Source: Deltaproteobacteria bacterium
GTDB lineage: Bacteria > Myxococcota > Kuafuiibacteriia > Kuafuiibacteriales > Kuafuiibacteriaceae
NCBI GenBank assembly: GCA_040218735.1
Contig: JAVJQW010000046.1
Location: 224,001-288,000, forward strand
DNA length: 64,000 nucleotides
Direction: 5' to 3'
Part shown: positions 50,024-58,591 of the stretch, piece by piece
How positions within the stretch are numbered: the first letter of the stretch is position 1
How the letters are laid out: each line of letters begins with the position of its first letter
Translations under genes and position numbers: made by a program
The notes under the pieces: model-generated
The model's database searches: none
What the model was told of the DNA's origin: nothing
What the model saw: only the letters and a program-made list of their open reading frames with translations

Positions 50024-51808
50024 ATGACCCCCGAAGCCGCACTCGAAACCTTCGAAGTCCACGTCCGCGACCGGCGCCACGAAGCCGCGCTCGGAGGCCT
50101 CGCCCACCTCGGTTGGGCGATGGAACGTGGCGTCGAGCTGGACGGTCCGCACCTCGCCCGACTCGCCGCGGCGACCGCCGGTCTTCTCACCGACCCCACC
50201 CTCAGGATGTCGCCGGACGGCTTCGCACGGCTCGTCGCGCTCAACCGTGTGTGGTCGGCGATGTTCGCCGCCGGTGGATTCGGCGACGCCGGCTTTGCGC
50301 TCCGCACGCTCCCGCCCGTGAAGAAGGCGGTTCGGAGCCCGCGGTGGTTGCTGTGGGGCCTGGAGACGCTCGACGTCGCCGCGATGAACACCCTCGAGCG
50401 CCTCCCGCCGAGCGAGGCGCTCCCGATCGTCGGCGCGCTCCTGTCGCACCGCGTCGTCGCGACACCGGGCGGGGAGGCGACGCGGTCGCGCCTGATCGAA
50501 CGGAGCAAACGCCTCGCCCGGGCCCGGCTCGCGCCCGAGCACCTCGACGTGCTCGCGGCGGCGTGGATGATGTGCAGCTACGCGACCACGGAGAAGAAAC
50601 ACGACTTCAAGGCGAACCTCGCGCCGGTCTTCGCGCGTTACCTGAGCGACCACGGCGTCCCCGCCGAGCCACCGCCGCGGCCCGAGCGTTTGCGTCCGGT
50701 CGTCGCGGTCCTGTCCGAGCGCTTCGAACACGGCCACGCGATGTTTCGGTGTTACGCGCCGTCGTTGCGGCAGCTGCGCCGTGACTTCGAGGTGGTGCTG
50801 TTCTCCACGCCGGAGGCGGTGGACGAACGTGCGAACGACGTCGTCGACGAGGTCGTGACCTTCGACTTCGATCCCAAGGACCCGGCGGCCGTCGCCCAGC
50901 TCGTGCGCGAGCGCGCCCCCGACGTCGTCTACTACCCGAGCCTCGGCATGGCGCACTGGACGGTGCTCCTCTCGAGCGTTCGCCTCGCGCCGGTGCAGAT
51001 CCTCGGGCTTGGGCACCCGGCGTCGTCGCGGTCCCCGGTCATCGACTTCGTCGTGACGGAGGAGGGGCACGCGGGCGACGAGGCCGACTACGTCGAGCAG
51101 ATCGTGACGATGCGGCGCGGCGGGCACCCGTTCGAGCGCGTGGCTTCGACGCTGACCGCCGTGGAGCCGGCGCCGAAGGCCGACCCGTTCCGCATCGCCG
51201 TGCCCGCCAACGGGGTGAAGCTCTCGGCGGGGCTGCTCCGGAGCTGTCGCGCGATCCGCGAGCGTGCGACGCGGCCGGTCGAGCTGCACTTCTTCCCGAA
51301 CCTCCGCGGCCTGTACTTGGAGCAGGCGCGCCGTGCGATCACGTCCACGCTCCCCGGCGCCGTCGTGCACGCGCCGATGCCGTACGCGGAGTACGTCGAG
51401 CGCCTCGCCGCGTGTCACCTGCACCTGTCGCCGTTCCCCTTCGGCGGGACGAACTCCAACGTCGACACCCTGCGCCTCGGCATCCCGATGATCTCCCTCG
51501 CGGGGACGTTCTCGGCCGCGGCAGGTGAGATGGAGATGCTCGAACGGTTGGGGTTGGGCGAAGCGCTCATCGCACAGGACGTCGTCGACTACGAGGCGCG
51601 CGCGCTCCGCATCGTCGAGGACGACGCGTACCGCATCGAGCTGTCGAAGCAGGTCGCGGCCGCGGACGCGGAGCATTCATTCTGCGGCGGGTACGAAGAA
51701 GCGTCCCCGACGGAGTTCGTCGATACGGTGCGTTGGATTCACGAGCGGCACGAAGCGCTGCGTGCCGACGGGCGGCCGGTGTGGCGCCCGGAGGATCGGG
51801 AAGGCTAG
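50024..51808 (+). CDS. HMW1C/NGT-like GT41 cytoplasmic protein glycosyltransferase
   Basis: AWMMCSYA..KHDFK, HAMFRCY, YYPSLGM, RLAPVQILGLGHPASS, VKLS, SPFPFGGTNSNVD match recalled HMW1C/ApNGT motifs. Confidence 0.85.
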   Translation: MTPEAALETFEVHVRDRRHEAALGGLAHLGWAMERGVELDGPHLARLAAATAGLLTDPTLRMSPDGFARLVALNRVWSAMFAAGGFGDAGFALRTLPPVKKAVRSPRWLLWGLETLDVAAMNTLERLPPSEALPIVGALLSHRVVATPGGEATRSRLIERSKRLARARLAPEHLDVLAAAWMMCSYATTEKKHDFKANLAPVFARYLSDHGVPAEPPPRPERLRPVVAVLSERFEHGHAMFRCYAPSLRQLRRDFEVVLFSTPEAVDERANDVVDEVVTFDFDPKDPAAVAQLVRERAPDVVYYPSLGMAHWTVLLSSVRLAPVQILGLGHPASSRSPVIDFVVTEEGHAGDEADYVEQIVTMRRGGHPFERVASTLTAVEPAPKADPFRIAVPANGVKLSAGLLRSCRAIRERATRPVELHFFPNLRGLYLEQARRAITSTLPGAVVHAPMPYAEYVERLAACHLHLSPFPFGGTNSNVDTLRLGIPMISLAGTFSAAAGEMEMLERLGLGEALIAQDVVDYEARALRIVEDDAYRIELSKQVAAADAEHSFCGGYEEASPTEFVDTVRWIHERHEALRADGRPVWRPEDREG

Positions 51809-51811
51809 CGT

Positions 51812-52204
51812 TCAGGCTTCGGCGTTGTCGGTCGCGCGTTGCCGCACGCTGCGGATGTCGTGCTCGGTGAGTGGCTTCTTCAGGGTCACGTGCGGGAGCA
51901 CGGCCTCCGCACCTTCGGGGCCGAACGCCGTCATGAACACGAGGCGATCCAACAGCGACGGATGATCGCGCGTGAGCCAGGTCTTGAGGTCGACACCGGT
52001 GCCCTCGGGCATGCGGATGTCGCTGAGGACGACGTCCGGTTTCAGTCCGCCGCGGATCAACTCGAGCGCTTCGCGCGCGCCCGAAGCGACGTGCACTTCG
52101 AGGTCACGGAAGACACGCGCGAGGGACCGCTGCTGGAACGGCTCGTCGTCGACGACGAGGACGACGGGTTTGGCGAAGCGAGGATTACCGGTGACGACGC
52201 CCAT
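51812..52204 (-). CDS. Single-domain response regulator
   Basis: VLVVDDE, SDIRMP, FMTA, KP. Confidence 0.88.
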   Translation of the reverse strand: MGVVTGNPRFAKPVVLVVDDEPFQQRSLARVFRDLEVHVASGAREALELIRGGLKPDVVLSDIRMPEGTGVDLKTWLTRDHPSLLDRLVFMTAFGPEGAEAVLPHVTLKKPLTEHDIRSVRQRATDNAEA

Positions 52205-52283
52205 GCTCTTTCAATATAGCGTCGTCAGCGTGCGCGGCTAGTCCGGGCTGGCACGAGTGCTCCAGTGTGGTTCGTCCGAAGCG

Positions 52284-53165
52284 TCAGGCGGCGCGCGCTT
52301 GTTCACCGAGGCGCGCGCCCGGGCGAGGTGGCACACCGACGACGGTGAGCTCGACCGCACCTTCGCCGCACTGCACCACGATCGTTCGACGCCCGCGTGA
52401 GAGCACGGTTCCCGGCGTCGCCCACGGCGCAACGTCGACCACGCGCGCGCTCCTGAGCTCGACGCGTCGCCCGCTCGACTCGAACGTGAACGCGGCCGGG
52501 AGGGGTGCGGGCAGTGCACGTGTCAGGTTCCGAACGTCCTGTGCGGTGAGGCTCCAGTCGATTCGGCCGTCCTCCGGCCCGCGGCGTCGCGCGTAGGAGC
52601 CCGCTCCGACCTGCGGACGCCCGGTCGGTATTCGGCGCACCGCGTCGATGCGGACGAGCTGCTCCGTCACAAGCGCCGCCGATACCGCGTCGAGGTCGGC
52701 GGTGAGCGAGTGGAAGTCGTGGTCGTCGTGAATCGCGAGCGACCGCTGCGCGACGATTGCGCCGGTGTCGATCCCGGCGTCGACGCGGTGCACCGTCACG
52801 CCGGTCACCTCCGCGCCGTCGACGAGCGCCCAGGAGACGGGGTGCACACCGCGGTAGGCGGGGAGCAGCGACGAGTGCACATTGAGCGTGCCCCACCGCG
52901 GCGCTTCGAACACCGGCGCGCCGAGGAGCTCGAAGCGACAGACGAGGAGCAGATCGACGTCGGCGACGTGCTCCGAAGTCAGCGCGCCGGGCGCGATGAT
53001 CTCCGCGTCCGCCGCGCGAGCCCACGCTTCGAGGCGACTTCGGTCGTCATCCGGGAGGCCCTTCGGGACTGCGATCCGCGACGGAACGAAGCCGCTCCGC
53101 TGGGCGGCGTCGAGGATGCCGAGGCCCTGTGCCTTGGCGCCGGCGAAGACCCACGAAAAGGTCAC
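52284..53165 (-). CDS. N10-formyl-THF-dependent formyltransferase (Fmt/ArnA-like, probably NDP-aminosugar N-formyltransferase)
   Basis: NVHSSLLPAYRG, HRVDAGIDTG, EDGRIDW, C-terminal Fmt_C-like domain. Confidence 0.85.
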   Translation of the reverse strand: MTFSWVFAGAKAQGLGILDAAQRSGFVPSRIAVPKGLPDDDRSRLEAWARAADAEIIAPGALTSEHVADVDLLLVCRFELLGAPVFEAPRWGTLNVHSSLLPAYRGVHPVSWALVDGAEVTGVTVHRVDAGIDTGAIVAQRSLAIHDDHDFHSLTADLDAVSAALVTEQLVRIDAVRRIPTGRPQVGAGSYARRRGPEDGRIDWSLTAQDVRNLTRALPAPLPAAFTFESSGRRVELRSARVVDVAPWATPGTVLSRGRRTIVVQCGEGAVELTVVGVPPRPGARLGEQARAA

Positions 53166-53169
53166 GGGT

Positions 53170-54588
53170 TCACTTCCACTCGTTGTCGAGCGCGAAGGTC
53201 GCGTAGTGCGGCCGAATCGCCTTGCCGATCGTCGGGACGAGGCGCTCGTCGAAGATCGCCTGGATGTTCTTGGTGTCGAGATCGATGTGGTACTCGAGCC
53301 AGAACCAGAAGCGCCCCATGTCGCGGGTGAACTCCACGTGTTGGTCCGCCTTGCCGACCCACTGGACGATGTTCCACATCAGCTTCCCCTCGAGGATGGC
53401 CGCCCAGACGTGCTCCGGGACGTGGAGGGTTTGCGTGACGGGCGCGTCGTCGTCGAAGTCGATCGCGAAGCCGTCCTCGGGGTTGGCCTTCATGACGAAG
53501 CCGAAGTTGGCGTTGTCGCCGTCGACGGCGATGCGGAAGCGGCAGTCGAAGTCGATGTAGTCCTTCGTCATCCACTTTTGGACGACCGCGCAGCGCAGCT
53601 GCGAGCGGGCCTTCAGGTCCTCGAGGTCGACGTCGTGCAGCCAAGTTTCGATCCGATCGATCTTCGGCTGGAAGCGCTCTTTCACGGCGCGCATCTCGTC
53701 GAGCATGTTGTCCCAGTCGACGCCGGGGTTGTTGCGTTCGACGCCCGCGACCGTCCAGCGGTCGCTCGGGTAGAGCGTGACGAGCTCGGTGTCCGGGTAC
53801 TCGGTCTTCACCATCTTCTCGAAGAGGAGCGGCGTGGTGCGGTTCGCCCAGTTGTTGTGGAAGTACTGGTCGGCGAGCCAGCAGAAGTCGCCGGCGAAGG
53901 GGGCGATGCGCTTCGGTTTGACGTGCTCGAGGAGGCGGCGCTGCTCGGAAAAGGCGATCTTGCGGCGGTGCGCGGCCTCGCGCATCTCGTCTTCGCCCAT
54001 GAGGAAACAGCCGGGGAACATGGTGACGCCGCCGGACTGGATCAGCGCGAGGTCGATGGTCGGCCAGCGTTCGCGGATCTGCTCGCAGAGCGGGACGTCG
54101 TTCACGTTGTCGTTGATGTCGAGCAGCGTGCAGTCGTGGTGCTCGAGGACCATCGCGGCGTTCTCCCAGTCTTGGTCGCGCGAGTCGGCCGCGGGGACGA
54201 CGGTGAGCGGCGTGTTGCCGCCGAGCATGAAGGAGTCCCACGACTTCACGCGGTGGATGTTCGAAAATCCCATCTCGCGCATGACACGCTCCACGGTGTA
54301 GGCGCGCATCGAGGGGTGGTAGTCGTACGCCGGCAAGATGACTTGCACGTCGCGGTCGATGTAGTCGATCGACGGGATGTGGAAGTGGTCCTCGTGGGAG
54401 TGGGTGATGAACAGGTAGTCGATGCCGTCGACGACCTCGTTCGGCGGGACGGCGGCGGGCGGGAACTTCCAGGTGCTGAGGTTGAAGACGGGCTCGTTGA
54501 GGAACCAGGGATCGACGAGCAGCGTGCCGAACTCGCCACGGATCTTGAGCGTGGCGTGAGAGATGAACTCGACCTCGAGCGGTTTCAT
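53170..54588 (-). CDS. Metallo-beta-lactamase-fold protein resembling the CMP-Neu5Ac hydroxylase catalytic region (no Rieske domain)
   Basis: HA...DPWF, THSHEDH, IAPFAGDF; ATG at 54588. Confidence 0.75.
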   Translation of the reverse strand: MKPLEVEFISHATLKIRGEFGTLLVDPWFLNEPVFNLSTWKFPPAAVPPNEVVDGIDYLFITHSHEDHFHIPSIDYIDRDVQVILPAYDYHPSMRAYTVERVMREMGFSNIHRVKSWDSFMLGGNTPLTVVPAADSRDQDWENAAMVLEHHDCTLLDINDNVNDVPLCEQIRERWPTIDLALIQSGGVTMFPGCFLMGEDEMREAAHRRKIAFSEQRRLLEHVKPKRIAPFAGDFCWLADQYFHNNWANRTTPLLFEKMVKTEYPDTELVTLYPSDRWTVAGVERNNPGVDWDNMLDEMRAVKERFQPKIDRIETWLHDVDLEDLKARSQLRCAVVQKWMTKDYIDFDCRFRIAVDGDNANFGFVMKANPEDGFAIDFDDDAPVTQTLHVPEHVWAAILEGKLMWNIVQWVGKADQHVEFTRDMGRFWFWLEYHIDLDTKNIQAIFDERLVPTIGKAIRPHYATFALDNEWK

Positions 54589-55406
54589 GCGGACCTCCGT
54601 TCGTCGGACGCGCCCGTGGCACCCGGCCAGAAATCGGGTGTCACCAGCTCGGTCGCGACGGCGTAGTGGAAGGGGTCGACGTAGCGGCGCTCGATGAACG
54701 TCGGCTCCGTCGCGTTGTTGTAGCGGAAGTTGACGGTGAGGCGCGCGCGGTCGCTCTGGTTCTCGCCCGACCTGTGGATGAGGAACGCCGAGAACAGGAG
54801 GAGGCCGCACGGCGGCACTTCGACTTCGACGAAGTCGTGGTCCTGCTCGTCGAGCGCGAGCGGGTAGTCCGCGGCGTCGTCCGCACCGAAGGGGAGGAGC
54901 CCCGCGGTGTGGCTGCCGGGGACGACCTGGAGGCGGCCCATCTCGGCGTCGATGTTCACGAGGGGGGTCCACGCGACGACACCGTCGAGGCTGCCCTGCA
55001 TGTTGGACCACTCCTGGTGCGCGGGGAGCTTCGCGTAGCGCGGGGTCTTCGCGAGCTGCGGCGCGTGGAACCACATCAGCGGGCGCGCGGCGAGGGTCGG
55101 GTGCTGCACGCCGATGCGCTGCATGAGGTTGTCGAGTTTGTCGTCGACGGCGATTCGGTACAGCGAGAGGAGGTGGTTACAGAGCTTCGCGGCGCCGTGG
55201 TACGTGGCGAAGTCCTCGGCGAAGAGCATCTTCAGGCGTTGGTCGAGGGCGGCGTCGTCGATGTGAGCGACGTCCTCGCGGCGGTCGCGCATGAAGAAGA
55301 CGCGTTTGACGTCGTCGACGAGGTCTTGGACGAGGCGCGGGTGGAAGAAGTCTTGGACGACGACGTAGCCGTCGCGCTGGAAGCGTTCGGCGAGCACGTC
55401 GTTCAC
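54585..55406 (-). CDS. PhyH family Fe(II)/2-oxoglutarate dioxygenase
   Basis: FQRDGYVVV, HQE (HxD/E), AWTPL...GRLQVVPGSH, IHRSGEN...R; GTG at 55406. Confidence 0.88.
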   Translation of the reverse strand: MNDVLAERFQRDGYVVVQDFFHPRLVQDLVDDVKRVFFMRDRREDVAHIDDAALDQRLKMLFAEDFATYHGAAKLCNHLLSLYRIAVDDKLDNLMQRIGVQHPTLAARPLMWFHAPQLAKTPRYAKLPAHQEWSNMQGSLDGVVAWTPLVNIDAEMGRLQVVPGSHTAGLLPFGADDAADYPLALDEQDHDFVEVEVPPCGLLLFSAFLIHRSGENQSDRARLTVNFRYNNATEPTFIERRYVDPFHYAVATELVTPDFWPGATGASDERRSA

Positions 55407-56194
55407 GGCTTCGCCCCCTTGACGAAGTAGGCATTGGGGACCGTGGAGAACGGGAACTTCTCGATCTTCGGCATGCCGCGCTCGGCGAAGAACTCTTCGA
55501 TCGCCTTGGCTTCGCCCTGCCACGGCGGCATCCCGTAGCCGTTGAACGCGACGACGCCGCCGGGGACGACGAGGGGGTAGAGGTGCTCGAGGCCGACCTT
55601 CGTCGGTTCGTACAGGCCGATGTCGAAGTAGAGGAGGCTGAGGCGCATCCCGAGGTGCTCGTGCGCGAAGGCGGGGACCGTCTCGGCGATGTCGCCGTCG
55701 ATCAGTCGTACGCGCTCGACGCCGGGGAGGAGGTTGTCGTCGTTGTGCAGCTCGACGAGGCCCTGCGCGAGCTCGCGCGGCGACTTCATGCGGCCGAGGA
55801 CCCGCTCGACCCACGGCTCGGCGGCGCCGTCGTCGGATTGGTAGTTGGCGTAGCCGTCGAAGTGATCGAACCCGAAGACCTTGCGGTTGCGGTCGCCGGG
55901 GCAGAACGTCTCGAGCAGGTTGCCCCACGTGAACATCCCGCTGCCGCGGAAGACGCCGAGCTCGGCGACGCACCCGGGGAGGTCGCGGATGAGCTTGAAC
56001 AGCTCGTAGTGGGCGAGGAGGCGCGGCAGCTCGCGACGTCGGAGGAACGCTGGGTAGTCCTTCACCACGTCGCGGACGCCGAGGCCGGCGTCGGCGACGA
56101 GGGATTCGAGGCGGTCCCAGTGCTGGCGCTCGGCGTCGTCGTAGCGGGTGCGCGTCGCGCCGCCCACGCGGTCATCGATCTTCGACGGCTCCAT
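55403..56194 (-). CDS. TylF/MycF/NovP-family sugar O-methyltransferase
   Basis: PGCVAELGVFRG, FGFDHFDG, IDGDIAETVP, LYEPT; start 56194 or 56215. Confidence 0.85.
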   Translation of the reverse strand: MEPSKIDDRVGGATRTRYDDAERQHWDRLESLVADAGLGVRDVVKDYPAFLRRRELPRLLAHYELFKLIRDLPGCVAELGVFRGSGMFTWGNLLETFCPGDRNRKVFGFDHFDGYANYQSDDGAAEPWVERVLGRMKSPRELAQGLVELHNDDNLLPGVERVRLIDGDIAETVPAFAHEHLGMRLSLLYFDIGLYEPTKVGLEHLYPLVVPGGVVAFNGYGMPPWQGEAKAIEEFFAERGMPKIEKFPFSTVPNAYFVKGAKP

Positions 56195-56254
56195 CTGACT
56201 GGATCGAATCGGCACATCGGCGCGGAGGATGACCGAAAAACGTCTCGCGATGGG

Positions 56255-57190
56255 TCACGCGGCGCGACGGTAGGCCGGGAAGTAGCCGGGCGCTCCCGGG
56301 TCAACGTTCGCGGCGGCGCACAGGTCGGCGTAGGCGGCGGCGTCGAAGACGGTGCGAACCGCGCGCACGGGGGTGGGCGTCGCGCCGAAGCGGCGCTTGA
56401 ACTCGGCGACGCCGTCGTGGGGTCGGATGCCGCCGCCGAGGTTGACGACGGTGTGGCCGCGCTCGCGCAGGCGAAGGAACCCGGCGTAGAGCAGCGGCTC
56501 CGCGAGCGCGACGGCGTCGGCCGTGCGGGCCAGGAGCATGTACTCCGCGCAGGTCCCCGCGCCGAACATCGCGACCGCGTCGACCCCACCCGACGCGCCG
56601 CGCGCGCCGACGAGCAGGACTTCGGGGTGGCGGCACCACGCGAGGAGGCGCTCGTGCGAGAAGTGATAGACCGCGGCAGCGCCGACGCGTTCGGCGTGCG
56701 CGGGGTACAGGTCGAGGAAGCGGGAGGTGTTCTCGTCGCGGTCGTCGACGATCGCCGTACGGTCCTTCCTCAGCTTCGCGCGGCGTCGCGACGACATGCG
56801 CGCGAGGAGGTCACCCTCCAGCGACAGGACGTAGGATTCGGTGAGGGGCGTGCTCGGGAGGTCGACGCCGAGCACCGGGTGCAGCATCGCGTAGCCGGCG
56901 ACCCAGCCTTCGGTTCGGCCGCGCTCGAGCCACGCTTCGTAGAGGCCGTCGAGCTCGCCGACGCCGGTGAATCCCGAGAACCCGTAGGGGGTGTAGACGT
57001 CCCGGGCTGCGCCGCGGGCGCGGGTCACGAGCGGGCACACGGCGCGACCGCGGGGGCCTTCGGCGACGAAGAGGAACGCGTCGTCGCGCTGGTAGCGGGC
57101 GGTGTGGGCGATCGCATGGGGGAGGCCGTCGAGGGCGCGGTCCCAAGCGGCGGCGTCGGCCCGGGGGACGAGTCGCGTCGAAAAGCCCAT
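56255..57190 (-). CDS. GNAT/FemAB-like acyl- or aminoacyl-transferase
   Basis: DVYTPYGFSG, YHFS, NLGGG...DGVAEFKRRFG, GYFPAYR; ATG at 57190. Confidence 0.8.
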   Translation of the reverse strand: MGFSTRLVPRADAAAWDRALDGLPHAIAHTARYQRDDAFLFVAEGPRGRAVCPLVTRARGAARDVYTPYGFSGFTGVGELDGLYEAWLERGRTEGWVAGYAMLHPVLGVDLPSTPLTESYVLSLEGDLLARMSSRRRAKLRKDRTAIVDDRDENTSRFLDLYPAHAERVGAAAVYHFSHERLLAWCRHPEVLLVGARGASGGVDAVAMFGAGTCAEYMLLARTADAVALAEPLLYAGFLRLRERGHTVVNLGGGIRPHDGVAEFKRRFGATPTPVRAVRTVFDAAAYADLCAAANVDPGAPGYFPAYRRAA

Positions 57191-57284
57191 GGCGCTCCGT
57201 TCGGCCGAAACGTGCCTCGTCTTGAGGCGATTCGGCGGTGATCGAGTGCTCGATTTCGAGACAGATCGGCCGAATGGGGAGGTG

Positions 57285-58574
57285 ATGGAGTCGATCACGA
57301 TCGTCGGGGGGAGCATCGGGTGCCTGGTCGCGGCGTCGGAGGCGGCGCGCGCAGGACGACACGTTCGGCTGGTCGCGCCGCGGCGTGGGCTGGGCAGCGG
57401 CTTCTCTTCGGTCGACGCCGGCGGACGACGCGTCGATCTGGGGGCGCGGCTGATCGAGGTCGCCGACGAGGTCCCGCCGCCGCTCGACGGCAAGTGGCTG
57501 CCCGGTCGCGCGCGCGAGCTGTCGGGGCACGTGATGGTCTACGTCGAAGCGCTGCTCGGCGCGCCGCTCGCCGCGCTGCCACAGGCGAAGCTCGCGGTGA
57601 ACGGTCACGTCGCGGACGACTTCCTCGCGACGCTGGACCTGTCGTCGCTCCCGGACCTCCTCGACGCCGAGGAGATTTCGCTCATGCGTCGCCAGGCCGA
57701 GGACCTGGAGTGGACGCCCGAGGGCACCATCGCGGGCGCCTCGCTGGCCTGTCACGGCGAGGCGTTCCACCGGCGCTTCGTCGCGTCGCGCGCGGAGAAG
57801 CTCCTACCTGCGCGGTGGCGTCACGTGGGCGCGGATGTTCGTCATCGGCTGTGGGCGCCGCTGTTCCACCCGACGACGCTGCGTGCCGGCCTCGAAGGTC
57901 GAATCGAGCGCGGGCGTGCGCCGGTGCAGTACTTCGCGCCGGCCTCGGGGGTGTTCGGTGACGTGGTGGACGCGCTGCTCGCGCGGGTCGAATCGTCGGT
58001 CGAGCTCGTGCTCTACGATCACCTCTACGCGCTGCGCGCGGGGGCGTTGGAGGTCGACAGCCGCGTCGTCCCCATCGCCGGTGAGCTGGTGCTCGGCGTG
58101 TCGTTCTCGGAGCTCGCGCGGCTCGCCGGACACGCGGAGGACGTCGAGCCGATGACGCTGGATCTCGCGTGGATCGAAGTCGCCGCGGACGAGGTCCTCG
58201 TCGACGCCGCCTACGTCAACGTCATGGACGCCGCGAACCCGGCGTACCGGATCAGCTTTGGCGGCGCGGTGCCCGAGGGGCGCCGTGTGGTCTGCGTCGA
58301 GCTCGCCGCGGGCACTGCGGATCGCGCGCTCGCGGCCGCGGTGGACGCGGGTGTCGTGCGCCGCGGTGCGGACGCGGTCGTGCTGCGGACGATGGAGCAC
58401 GTGCACGTCTCGGCGCCCACGGACAAGAACCGCTGGCTCGTCACGCGCGCCAAGGCGGCGCTCCCGCCGGCGCGGTACATCGGCTCGGTGCGCGACCTGC
58501 GCGCGGATACCTTCGCCGAGCACGTGCTCCAGGGGCTCGCGCTCGGCGCGGATGCGGTGCGGCGCGCCGCGTGA
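57285..58574 (+). CDS. FAD/NAD(P)-binding oxidoreductase
   Basis: ITIVGGSIGCLVAA Rossmann start, LGSGFSS...VDLGARL; SD GGGAGG. Confidence 0.7.
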   Translation: MESITIVGGSIGCLVAASEAARAGRHVRLVAPRRGLGSGFSSVDAGGRRVDLGARLIEVADEVPPPLDGKWLPGRARELSGHVMVYVEALLGAPLAALPQAKLAVNGHVADDFLATLDLSSLPDLLDAEEISLMRRQAEDLEWTPEGTIAGASLACHGEAFHRRFVASRAEKLLPARWRHVGADVRHRLWAPLFHPTTLRAGLEGRIERGRAPVQYFAPASGVFGDVVDALLARVESSVELVLYDHLYALRAGALEVDSRVVPIAGELVLGVSFSELARLAGHAEDVEPMTLDLAWIEVAADEVLVDAAYVNVMDAANPAYRISFGGAVPEGRRVVCVELAAGTADRALAAAVDAGVVRRGADAVVLRTMEHVHVSAPTDKNRWLVTRAKAALPPARYIGSVRDLRADTFAEHVLQGLALGADAVRRAA

Positions 58575-58591
58575 AGTAGAATCGGCGCCGC

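Noticed and set aside
47788-50508. 906-aa ORF suggesting a large fusion
   Set aside because: The N-terminal ~590 aa are out-of-frame or antisense overlap with DegT and GT41; only 47788..48735 looks protein-like
52249-52264. TGGCACG sigma54-like -24 box
   Set aside because: There is no GC at -12, and it points into the 3' end of an opposite-strand gene
46509-58574. Ordinary O-antigen or capsule cluster
   Set aside because: No GT2/GT4, flippase, polymerase, ABC exporter or initiating transferase in the window; supply of sugar to a distant locus cannot be excluded
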